Below are positions 1 through 7,413 of a DNA stretch of 32,000 nucleotides, piece after piece; position 1 is the first letter of the stretch; each line of letters starts with the position of its first letter. Source of the stretch: Cylindrospermopsis raciborskii Cr2010 (lineage in GTDB: Bacteria > Cyanobacteriota > Cyanobacteriia > Cyanobacteriales > Nostocaceae); the NCBI RefSeq assembly GCF_003367075.2, contig NZ_CP065936.1, positions 1,710,001-1,742,000 of the forward strand. The letters are read 5' to 3'. A program made the position numbers and the translations under genes. A model generated the notes under the pieces. It ran no database searches, was not told the origin of the DNA, and was given only the letters and a program-made list of their open reading frames with translations.

Positions 1-629
1 ATCTCCGGTATGGCATAGTGTCCTCGCATATTCGCCTTTATTTCTTTGTATCTTTTTCTCTCTAAATGATATACCTCTAGTGTACCCTTAAACCCATTAA
101 ATATGGCATAATATGGTATCTTTACCGCTTGTTCATACACCCAAAACTTCCCCGCTTTTTTTAGTTTCCCGGTTTCTGGATCTATTTCATCCCCTTCTGG
201 TGGAGGGGAACTGTCTTTTTCCTCCTTTCCATTTTTAGACGCGAATTCTATCACTATGAAGGGAGGTACTTTTTCCTTCCATAGCACATATGACCTTCTC
301 AATTGCCCATTTAGTCTGGATGGCACTCCGGGAACATAGAACCAGTCTGGTGCTTCTACCCCTTTTTCTGGAGGATCTGTGAATCGCCAATATATGCCAC
401 TATCCTGTCCTATACAATAGTCTCCGTTGGGATGGATTTTTTTCAGTAATGGTTCAATTGATGTGGTTAATATTATGCTTTGTGGGTGTTCTTGGAAATT
501 TTTCACAAAATCGTCATCGGAGTCCGGTAACTGGGTATGGTCTGGTAGGTCCAGGGGTTCCTCAGGGAGGGTTACATTTTGGGTGGTGGTTGAAGATTGG
601 GGCACGGTAAGAGGGGGTACGGGGTTCAT
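1..629 (-). CDS. Uma2-family (DUF820, PD-(D/E)xK-like) putative endonuclease, tandem copy 1; the 3' part runs off the window
   Basis: Bases 1-629 are colinear with 1043-1677 of copy 2. The start ATG (CAT on + strand) is at 627-629, behind the same GAGGG ribosome-binding site. There is one in-frame 6-nt deletion near 570 and a few substitutions. It is absent from the ORF track, presumably because no stop lies inside the window. Confidence 0.7.
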   Translation of the reverse strand, partial: MNPVPPLTVPQSSTTTQNVTLPEEPLDLPDHTQLPDSDDDFVKNFQEHPQSIILTTSIEPLLKKIHPNGDYCIGQDSGIYWRFTDPPEKGVEAPDWFYVPGVPSRLNGQLRRSYVLWKEKVPPFIVIEFASKNGKEEKDSSPPPEGDEIDPETGKLKKAGKFWVYEQAVKIPYYAIFNGFKGTLEVYHLERKRYKEIKANMRGHYAIPE

Positions 630-756
630 TTTTGCCCTCAGCTAGGGGGATTTAACCTAATTTTAGCAACTGTTTTTGGTTTCGTGTTGTTTTTTTTGAC
701 CGGTGAAATATCTGATAGTTTAGAACCCAACCCGCATTATATTTAGCATAAGGATT

Positions 757-1677
757 TTATATTTTCTCCGGGTCAATCCCAAGAGAACGTAGATAAGCAG
801 CTAGTTTTTCTTTTTGTTGGCGCTCCTGAGATGCGATAGTTTCTGCTTGCTCTCTAGCCAGACGCTCCTGAGATGCGATAGTTTCTGCTTGCTCTTTAGC
901 CAGACGCTCACGAATAGCGATCGCTTCCGCTTGTTCCGCAAGCTCATTTCCTGTCAATAAGAGATTCCCCTTATTATCCCACCATCTTAACCACTGTGTG
1001 GGTGGTTTCTGGTTGTCATACAGTATTCCCAATTCTATACCCATCTCCGGTATGGCATAGTGTCCTCGCCTATTCGCCTTTATTTCTTTGTATCTTTTTC
1101 TCTCTAAATGATATACCTCTAGTGTACCCTTAAAACCATTAAATATGGCATAATATGGTATTTTTACCGCTTGTTCGTACACCCAAAACTTCCCCGCTTT
1201 TTTTAGTTTCCCGGTTTCTGGATCTATTTCATCCCCTTCTGGTGGAGGGGAACTGTCTTTTTCCTCCTTTCCATTTTTAGACGCAAATTCTATCACTATG
1301 AAGGGAGGTACTTTTTCCTTCCATAGCACATATGACCTTCTCAATTGCCCATTTAGCCTGGATGGTACTCCGGGAACATAGAACCAGTCTGGTGCTTCTA
1401 CCCCTTTTTCTGGAGGTTCTGTGAATCGCCAATATATGCCACTATCCTGTCCTATACAATAGTCTCCGTTGGGATGGATTTTTTTCAGTAATGGTTCAAT
1501 TGATGTGGTTAATATTATGCTTTGCGGGTGTTCTTGGAAATTTTTCACAAAATCGTCATTGGAGTCCGGTAACTGGGTATGGTCTGGTAGGTCCAGGGGT
1601 TCCTCAGGGAGGGAAGTGGTTACATTTTGGGTGGTGGTTGAAGATTGGGGCACGGTAAGAGGGGGTACGGGGTTCAT
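757..1677 (-). CDS. Uma2-family putative endonuclease with C-terminal coiled-coil repeat tail (copy 2, 306 aa)
   Basis: The N-terminal LPDHTQLPDS..FVKNFQEHPQSIILTTSIEPLL, the PDWFYVPG ... FIVIEFASK core and KFWVYEQAVKIPYYAIFN...LEVYHLERKRY match my memory of the cyanobacterial Uma2/DUF820 pattern. The tail contains ERLAKEQAETIASQ repeats and ends KLAAYLRSLGIDPEKI. Confidence 0.85.
   Translation of the reverse strand: MNPVPPLTVPQSSTTTQNVTTSLPEEPLDLPDHTQLPDSNDDFVKNFQEHPQSIILTTSIEPLLKKIHPNGDYCIGQDSGIYWRFTEPPEKGVEAPDWFYVPGVPSRLNGQLRRSYVLWKEKVPPFIVIEFASKNGKEEKDSSPPPEGDEIDPETGKLKKAGKFWVYEQAVKIPYYAIFNGFKGTLEVYHLERKRYKEIKANRRGHYAIPEMGIELGILYDNQKPPTQWLRWWDNKGNLLLTGNELAEQAEAIAIRERLAKEQAETIASQERLAREQAETIASQERQQKEKLAAYLRSLGIDPEKI
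821..946 (-). repeat. Intragenic 42-bp (14-aa, two-heptad) tandem repeat block, 3 units (copy 2)
   Basis: The units are 821-862, 863-904 and 905-946. The first two differ by one base and the third is degenerate and contains HIP1 at 917-924. They encode ERLA[KR]EQAETIASQ. Confidence 0.9.
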
Positions 1678-1804
1678 TTTTGCCCTCAGCTAAGGGGATT
1701 TAACCTAATTTTAGCAACTATTTTTGGTTTCGTGTTGTTTTTTTTGACCGGGGAAATATCTGATAGTTTGGAACCCAACCCGCATTATATTTAGCATAAG
1801 GATT

Positions 1805-2893
1805 TTATATTTTCTCTGGGTCAATCCCAAGGGAACGTAGATAAGCAGCTAGTTTTTCTTTTTGTTGGCGCTCCTGTTCTTTAGCTTCTCGTTCCTGTTC
1901 TTTAGCTTCTCGTTCCTGTTCTTTAGCCATGCGTTCCTGAGATGCAATAGTTTCTGCTCGCTCTTTAGCTTCTCGTTCCTGTTCTTTAGCCATGCGTTCT
2001 TGAGATGCAATAGTTTCTGCTCGCTCTTTAGCTAGACGCTCTTGAGATGCAATAGTTTCTGCTTGCTCTCTAGCCAGACGCTCTTGAGATGCGATAGTTT
2101 CTGCTTGCTCTTTAGCCAGACGCTCACGAATAGCGATCGCTTCCGCTTGTTCCGCAAGCTCATTTCCTGTCAATAAGAGATTCCCCTTATTATCCCACCA
2201 TCTTAACCACGGTGTGGGTGGTTTCTGGTTGTCATACAGTATTCCCAATTCTATACCCATCTCCGGTATGGCATAGTGTCCTCGCCTATTCGCCTTTATT
2301 TCTTTGTATCTTTTTCTCTCTAAATGATATACCTCTAGTGTACCCTTAAAACCATTAAATATGGCATAATATGGTATCTTTACCGCTTGTTCATACACCC
2401 AAAACTTCCCCGCTTTTTTTAGTTTCCCGGTTTCTGGATCTATTTCATCCCCTTCTGGTGGAGGGGAACTGTCTTTTTCCTCCTTTCCATTTTTAGACGC
2501 AAATTCTATCACTATGAAGGGAGGTACTTTTTCCTTCCATAGCACATATGACCTTCTCAATTGCCCATTTAGCCTGGATGGTACTCCGGGAACATAGAAC
2601 CAGTCTGGTGCTTCTACCCCTTTTTCTGGAGGTTCTGTGAATCGCCAATATATGCCACTATCCTGTCCTATACAATAGTCTCCGTTGGGATGGATTTTTT
2701 TCAGTAATGGTTCAATTGATGTGGTTAATATTATGCTTTGCGGGTGTTCTTGGAAATTTTTCACAAAATCGTCATTGGAGTCCGGTAACTGGGTATGGTC
2801 TGGTAGGTCCAGGGGTTCCTCAGGGAGGGAAGTGGTTACATTTTGGGTGGTGGTTGAAGATTGGGGCACGGTAAGAGGGGGTACGGGGTTCAT
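1805..2893 (-). CDS. Uma2-family putative endonuclease with expanded coiled-coil tail (copy 3, 362 aa)
   Basis: Residues 1-236 match copy 2 except one substitution (P vs Q in PTPWLRWW). The tail carries 7 units of the 42-bp repeat, against 3 in copy 2. Confidence 0.85.
   Translation of the reverse strand: MNPVPPLTVPQSSTTTQNVTTSLPEEPLDLPDHTQLPDSNDDFVKNFQEHPQSIILTTSIEPLLKKIHPNGDYCIGQDSGIYWRFTEPPEKGVEAPDWFYVPGVPSRLNGQLRRSYVLWKEKVPPFIVIEFASKNGKEEKDSSPPPEGDEIDPETGKLKKAGKFWVYEQAVKIPYYAIFNGFKGTLEVYHLERKRYKEIKANRRGHYAIPEMGIELGILYDNQKPPTPWLRWWDNKGNLLLTGNELAEQAEAIAIRERLAKEQAETIASQERLAREQAETIASQERLAKERAETIASQERMAKEQEREAKERAETIASQERMAKEQEREAKEQEREAKEQERQQKEKLAAYLRSLGIDPEKI
1869..2162 (-). repeat. Intragenic 42-bp tandem repeat block, 7 units (copy 3)
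   Basis: 294 bp equals 7 x 42. The block includes 21-bp EREAKEQ subunits and ERAETIASQERMAKEQ variants. The 56-aa length difference from copy 2 is fully explained by 4 extra units. Confidence 0.9.
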
Positions 2894-3020
2894 TTTTGCC
2901 CTCAGCTAAGGGGATTTAACCTAATTTTAGCAACTATTTTTGGTTTCGTGTTGTTTTTTTTGACCGGGGAAATATCTGATAGTTTGGAACCCAACCCGCA
3001 TTATATTTAGCATAAGGATT

Positions 3021-4067
3021 TTATATTTTCTCTGGGTCAATCCCAAGGGAACGTAGATAAGCAGCTAGTTTTTCTTTTTGTTGGCGCTCCTGTTCTTTAG
3101 CTTCTCGTTCCTGTTCTTTAGCCATGCGTTCCTGAGATGCAATAGTTTCTGCTCGCTCTTTAGCTAGACGCTCTTGAGATGCAATAGTTTCTGCTCGCTC
3201 TTTAGCTAGACGCTCTTGAGATGCAATAGTTTCTGCTTGCTCTCTAGCCAGACGCTCTTGAGATGCGATAGTTTCTGCTTGCTCTTTAGCCAGACGCTCA
3301 CGAATAGCGATCGCTTCCGCTTGTTCCGCAAGCTCATTTCCTGTCAATAAGAGATTCCCCTTATTATCCCACCATCTTAACCACGGTGTGGGTGGTTTCT
3401 GGTTGTCATACAGTATTCCCAATTCTATACCCATCTCCGGTATGGCATAGTGTCCTCGCCTATTCGCCTTTATTTCTTTGTATCTTTTTCTCTCTAAATG
3501 ATATACCTCTAGTGTACCCTTAAAACCATTAAATATGGCATAATATGGTATTTTTACCGCTTGTTCGTACACCCAAAACTTCCCCGCTTTTTTTAGTTTC
3601 CCGGTTTCTGGATCTATTTCATCCCCTTCTGGTGGAGGGGAACTGTCTTTTTCCTCCTTTCCATTTTTAGACGCAAATTCTATCACTATGAAGGGAGGTA
3701 CTTTTTCCTTCCATAGCACATATGACCTTCTCAATTGCCCATTTAGCCTGGATGGTACTCCGGGAACATAGAACCAGTCTGGTGCTTCTACCCCTTTTTC
3801 TGGAGGTTCTGTGAATCGCCAATATATGCCACTATCCTGTCCTATACAATAGTCTCCGTTGGGATGGATTTTTTTCAGTAATGGTTCAATTGATGTGGTT
3901 AATATTATGCTTTGTGGGTGTTCTTGGAAATTTTTCACAAAATCGTCATTGGAGTCCGGTAACTGGGTATGGTCTGGTAGGTCCAGGGGTTCCTCAGGGA
4001 GGGAAGTGGTTACATTTTGGGTGGTGGTTGAAGATTGGGGCACGGTAAGAGGGGGTACGGGGTTCAT
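3021..4067 (-). CDS. Uma2-family putative endonuclease with coiled-coil tail (copy 4, 348 aa)
   Basis: The core matches copy 3. The tail carries 6 units of the 42-bp repeat. Confidence 0.85.
   Translation of the reverse strand: MNPVPPLTVPQSSTTTQNVTTSLPEEPLDLPDHTQLPDSNDDFVKNFQEHPQSIILTTSIEPLLKKIHPNGDYCIGQDSGIYWRFTEPPEKGVEAPDWFYVPGVPSRLNGQLRRSYVLWKEKVPPFIVIEFASKNGKEEKDSSPPPEGDEIDPETGKLKKAGKFWVYEQAVKIPYYAIFNGFKGTLEVYHLERKRYKEIKANRRGHYAIPEMGIELGILYDNQKPPTPWLRWWDNKGNLLLTGNELAEQAEAIAIRERLAKEQAETIASQERLAREQAETIASQERLAKERAETIASQERLAKERAETIASQERMAKEQEREAKEQERQQKEKLAAYLRSLGIDPEKI
3085..3336 (-). repeat. Intragenic 42-bp tandem repeat block, 6 units (copy 4)
   Basis: 252 bp equals 6 x 42. The 42-aa excess over copy 2 equals 3 extra units. 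Confidence 0.9.
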
Positions 4068-4194
4068 TTTTGCCCTCAGCTAAGGGGATTTAACCTAATT
4101 TTAGCAACTGTTTTTGGTTTCGTGTTGTTTTTTTTGACCGGGGAAATATCTGATAGTTTGGAACCCAACCCGCATTATATTTAGCATAAGGATT

Positions 4195-5079
4195 TTATAT
4201 TTTCTTCGGGTCAATCCCAAGGGAACGTAGATAAGCAGCTAGTTTTTCTTTTTGTTGGCGCTCCTGTTCTTTAGCTTCTCGTTCCTGAGACGCGATCGCT
4301 TCTGCTCGCTCTTTAGCTTCTCGTTCCTGTTCTTTAGCTAGACGCTCACGAATAGCGATAACTTCCGCTTGTTCTGCACGCTCATTTCCTGTCAATAACA
4401 AGTCCCCCTTATTATCCCACCATCTTAACCACGGTGTGGGTGGTTTCTGGTTGTCATACAGTATTCCCAATTCTATGCCCATCTCCGGTATGGCATAGTG
4501 TCCTCGCCTATTCGCCTTTATTTCTTTGTATCTTTTTCTCTCTAAATGATATACCTCTAGTGTACCCTTAAAACCATTAAATATGGCATAATATGGTATT
4601 TTTACCGCTTGTTCGTACACCCAAAACTTCCCCGCTTTTTTTAGTTTCCCGGTTTCTGGATCTATTTCATCCCCTTCTGGTGGAGGAGAACTGTCTTTTT
4701 CCTCCTTTCCATTTTTAGACGCAAATTCTATCACTATGAAGGGAGGTACTTTTTCCTTCCATAGCACATAAGACCTTCTCAATTGCCCATTTAGTCTGGA
4801 TGGCACTCCGGGAACATAGAACCAGTCTGGTGCTTCTACCCCTTTTTCTGGAGGTTCTGTGAATCGCCAATATATGCCACTATCCTGTCCTATACAATAG
4901 TCTCCATTGGGATGGATTTTTTTCAGTAATGGTTCAATTGATGTGGTTAATATTATGCTTTGCGGGTGTTCTTGGAAATTTTTCACAAAATTGTCATCAG
5001 AGTCTGGTAACTGGGTATGGTCTGGTAGGTTGAAAGGTTCCCTAGGGGGAGTTACATTTTGGGTTGAAGGTTGGGACAC
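4195..5079 (-). CDS. Uma2-family putative endonuclease (copy 5, 294 aa, divergent N-terminus)
   Basis: The core is the same from LPDHTQLPDSD onward. The N-terminus is shorter and different (MSQPSTQNVTPPREPFN), and the tail has 3 repeat units with a different unit composition. Confidence 0.85.
   Translation of the reverse strand: MSQPSTQNVTPPREPFNLPDHTQLPDSDDNFVKNFQEHPQSIILTTSIEPLLKKIHPNGDYCIGQDSGIYWRFTEPPEKGVEAPDWFYVPGVPSRLNGQLRRSYVLWKEKVPPFIVIEFASKNGKEEKDSSPPPEGDEIDPETGKLKKAGKFWVYEQAVKIPYYAIFNGFKGTLEVYHLERKRYKEIKANRRGHYAIPEMGIELGILYDNQKPPTPWLRWWDNKGDLLLTGNERAEQAEVIAIRERLAKEQEREAKERAEAIASQEREAKEQERQQKEKLAAYLRSLGIDPKKI
4259..4384 (-). repeat. Intragenic 42-bp tandem repeat block, 3 units (copy 5)
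   Basis: 126 bp. The unit order (EREAKE-rich) differs from copy 2. HIP1 lies at 4292-4299. Confidence 0.85.
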
Positions 5080-5181
5080 GGTTGGTAAGAGGGGGTTTTC
5101 CCCTCAGCTCAGGGGGATTTAACCTAATTTTAGCAACTTTTTTTAGTTTGGTAATCAGGGGATCTCATTGATCTTCGGGGG

Positions 5182-5205
5182 TTGGGTTGAGAAAACCCAG
5201 CCTAC
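5182..5205. repeat. Variant of the GTTGGGTT..AACCCA..CCTAC hairpin repeat
   Basis: The sequence gTTGGGTTgagaaAACCCAgCCTAC contains a 6-bp stem (TGGGTT/AACCCA). It resembles the core of the dispersed repeat at 18126 and 22491, and lies between the vWA gene stop and the Uma2 array. Confidence 0.4.
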
Positions 5206-5324
5206 AAAGGGGGCTGAAATGTCTTTATCAAGATTAGAACGGACGATTGCGAAGCACTCCCTAGGAGAGATCCCACGGTGTTCAGATTTTAAAAACTATA
5301 TATAAAAACTATATATTAATTTTT

Positions 5325-6731
5325 CTAATCTTTCTGAATCGCATAGCATAAGCTACCAATAAACCATCCTGAATGCTGAGGACTTTTGGCAATTTCGGAT
5401 TGCATAGTTTCCGTTCTAACTTTTAGGGCGGTAAAAAATTCTTGTAAATTATAGGTTTTGGAACCGTCTTCCTCTCCGGTTCTGGTTTGCCAATCCCATT
5501 CTTTCCACCAATTGGGAACCGCTAAGGAAGGAGTATTTAGATCAAACTGTAAGTTATAAATACCCGGTTCAGATAATTTATCAGGTTGGATCACTGCTGC
5601 AAATTTGGCTTGATTTTCTTTGGGCAGAATTTGCCAATCTTTTAATTCTATGGCTGAAATTATTTCTGAATTGCTATCTACCTCTACAAACTTACGATTA
5701 AACCTATCTAACTTTTTACCTTTTATCTGGGCTTGAATCATACTTAGATCTACCAGTAAACTATATTCTGAATGGAGTAAATTCACTGTATAGTTAATGG
5801 TTGAACTCTGCTTTAAAGAAGAATTCAATTTTAGCATTTCCTGGTTGCCTTTGCTAACCGTAACCCCCTCCTTCGCTAGGGCAAAAACTTCAGTAATCCC
5901 CTGTGGTAAGGATATGGGTGTCCCATCTAAAACAGAGATTTTATCCAATACATGATCGGGATGAAAGATCATTAAGTTGCTGTTATCACTATTTAGTAAA
6001 TCCTGGTTTGTATTGTATTTTTTGAGCTGACTAAAGTAGTGCTTAATATCCCCATAGGGTCCGATAAATAATACATAAAATGGACGAAACTTTGCTGGTT
6101 CTTGACCTGTGCTGTAGTTAAAACTTCTTGGATTGTTACCTTCTAAATAAATCTTACCATCAAAGTCACTTTTAATAGCCCAAATTCCTACCGCATAATC
6201 TCGATTCTCAATATTATAATAAGTGTCATTAATTACTTTATTTAGTTTGGTTACGTCTCCACTATTTTGCTGCAAATCAGTAATAATGACAGTCATTTTT
6301 TTCTGCTCCTTTTCTGGGGGAACAATAGCAGCATCTATGGGACTGGAAACTTCTGGAAACTGGTTACTACTGCCATCATAAAATACGGAACTAATTCCAG
6401 AATTGTAGTATTCACTACTGGTAATTTTTTGCATGGGACTACCAATTCGATAATATTCAACTGGTAATTTATCACTTAACTCAAATACATTTCTGATAGA
6501 TCTAAGAGTCTTAACATAATTGGTTTCTCCGCCCTTCACATATCCTAACATGGAGCCACTACCATCTAGGTAAATGCTCACATTGAGATTATTTGATTTA
6601 CTAGTATTAGTATTCTCCACAGGAGTATGGGGAAGTTCGCATTTTAGCTCTTCTTCCTTGTTACAAGCTACTATAAAAAGACTAAGTAACAAGACAATCA
6701 AGCCTTTGCGGAAGTATACTTTGTGTATCAT
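5325..6731 (-). CDS. Predicted lipoprotein with von Willebrand factor A (vWA)-like domain
   Basis: The N-terminus MIHKVYFRKGLIVLLLSLFIVAC has a signal peptide plus a lipobox Cys23 (codon 6663-6665). A MIDAS-like DGSGSM (DxSxS) is encoded at 6549-6566. A downstream MTVIITDLQQ sits in the position of the vWA TDG strand. Confidence 0.7.
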   Translation of the reverse strand: MIHKVYFRKGLIVLLLSLFIVACNKEEELKCELPHTPVENTNTSKSNNLNVSIYLDGSGSMLGYVKGGETNYVKTLRSIRNVFELSDKLPVEYYRIGSPMQKITSSEYYNSGISSVFYDGSSNQFPEVSSPIDAAIVPPEKEQKKMTVIITDLQQNSGDVTKLNKVINDTYYNIENRDYAVGIWAIKSDFDGKIYLEGNNPRSFNYSTGQEPAKFRPFYVLFIGPYGDIKHYFSQLKKYNTNQDLLNSDNSNLMIFHPDHVLDKISVLDGTPISLPQGITEVFALAKEGVTVSKGNQEMLKLNSSLKQSSTINYTVNLLHSEYSLLVDLSMIQAQIKGKKLDRFNRKFVEVDSNSEIISAIELKDWQILPKENQAKFAAVIQPDKLSEPGIYNLQFDLNTPSLAVPNWWKEWDWQTRTGEEDGSKTYNLQEFFTALKVRTETMQSEIAKSPQHSGWFIGSLCYAIQKD

Positions 6732-6933
6732 TTTTAACTCCTATTTGTCAAAACTATTTTATTACTAATTCTATTCTGTCAGCAATATTATTACTGATTA
6801 TAAAATAATATTAAGTAACTTTACCACCAGTTCTATTGCAAATCATAGAGTAGTATGTTAGCATAAGGAAAAATAACCATACTGAGTTTCAACCAAACGA
6901 CAACAGGAACACTACAAAAAATAAGGGGGGTCA
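6732..6933. promoter_or_regulatory. AT-rich divergent intergenic region between the vWA lipoprotein gene (-) and the 4-TM/tubulin-like operon (+)
   Basis: A 202-bp gap separates divergent starts. The direct repeat TTATTACT[AG]ATT occurs at 6759-6770 and 6788-6799. A strong AAGGGGGG Shine-Dalgarno lies at 6923-6930, before the ATG at 6934. No confident -10/-35 assignment was possible. Confidence 0.3.
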
Positions 6934-7407
6934 ATGAGATCGAGGGAAATGATTACAATTATTGTACTCTTCTTAGTTGGTGGCATAGCAATGTTTTGGG
7001 GACAAAAGCTGCTCTATGAGAATCAAATTGTACCTATTCAGCAAATACCAGTAGGTTCTTGGCTGGCTAGTGACTATAATACTGCCGCTATCGTCATGTT
7101 TCTTGCTTGTTTTATTCCAACAGTTATTTGGTGTGCACTAGCAGTTAGGAATCGCTTTAATGATGGAGCTGCTACACTTCGATGGAGATTACTGTGGTGG
7201 TTATTGGGGATAATACCAATGCTGACCATTGCGATCGCGGTTTTTTACATTAATCGGAGTAGCGAAGCCCAACTTTCACTGATTTTCTTTTTTCTGCTGG
7301 ATGCCATCTGGCTATACTGGTTACCAACAGCAACCAGTTCCCCGGAAGCGGTAAAATACATTCCACCTTTCGCCTTTTTCTTGCGTCATAAAATAATGGG
7401 AGACTGA
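6934..7407 (+). CDS. Small integral membrane protein (about 4 TM segments)
   Basis: There are four hydrophobic stretches (ITIIVLFLVGGIAMFW, AAIVMFLACFIPTVIWCALAV, LLWWLLGIIPMLTIAIAVFYI, LSLIFFFLLDAIWLYWL). The stop TGA at 7405-7407 is 6 nt before the next ATG, which suggests translational coupling. An alternative start is the ATG at 6949. Confidence 0.7.
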   Translation: MRSREMITIIVLFLVGGIAMFWGQKLLYENQIVPIQQIPVGSWLASDYNTAAIVMFLACFIPTVIWCALAVRNRFNDGAATLRWRLLWWLLGIIPMLTIAIAVFYINRSSEAQLSLIFFFLLDAIWLYWLPTATSSPEAVKYIPPFAFFLRHKIMGD

Positions 7408-7413
7408 GGATAG

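Larger units (their letters stand above)
1..5150. repeat. Head-to-tail tandem array of five gene-plus-spacer units (unit lengths 1048, 1216 and 1174 bp between successive stop-proximal ends)
   Basis: The conserved spacers at 630-756, 1678-1804, 2894-3020 and 4068-4194 are each 127 bp and near-identical. The coding cores are near-identical at the nucleotide level. Similarity fades upstream of copy 5 at about 5130-5150. Confidence 0.95.

Noticed and set aside
821-3336. Regularly spaced 42-bp direct repeats that could superficially suggest a CRISPR array
   Set aside because: The repeats are contiguous with no unique spacers. They are in frame within long ORFs and encode heptad-periodic coiled coil. 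No cas genes or leader sequence are present.
427-5122. Five plus-strand ORFs of 71-74 aa (427-645, 1469-1693, 2685-2909, 3859-4083, 4907-5122) that are conserved across all array units
   Set aside because: They lie entirely antisense to the N-terminal coding region of each Uma2 copy. Their conservation simply mirrors the identity of the duplicated units. The products are low-complexity (G/W/S/V-rich), and no ribosome-binding site is evident.
1-5150. Multi-copy near-identical units as a possible insertion sequence or transposon cluster
   Set aside because: There are no transposase or integrase motifs, no terminal inverted repeats and no target-site duplications. The units are in strict head-to-tail tandem, which fits segmental duplication rather than transposition.
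5221-5324. Possible tRNA or ncRNA fragment and the AAAAACTATATAT direct duplication upstream of the Uma2 array
   Set aside because: I could find no cloverleaf-compatible arms and no conserved T-loop (GTTCRANNC). The duplication is short and AT-rich, so it is likely chance or promoter-region low complexity.
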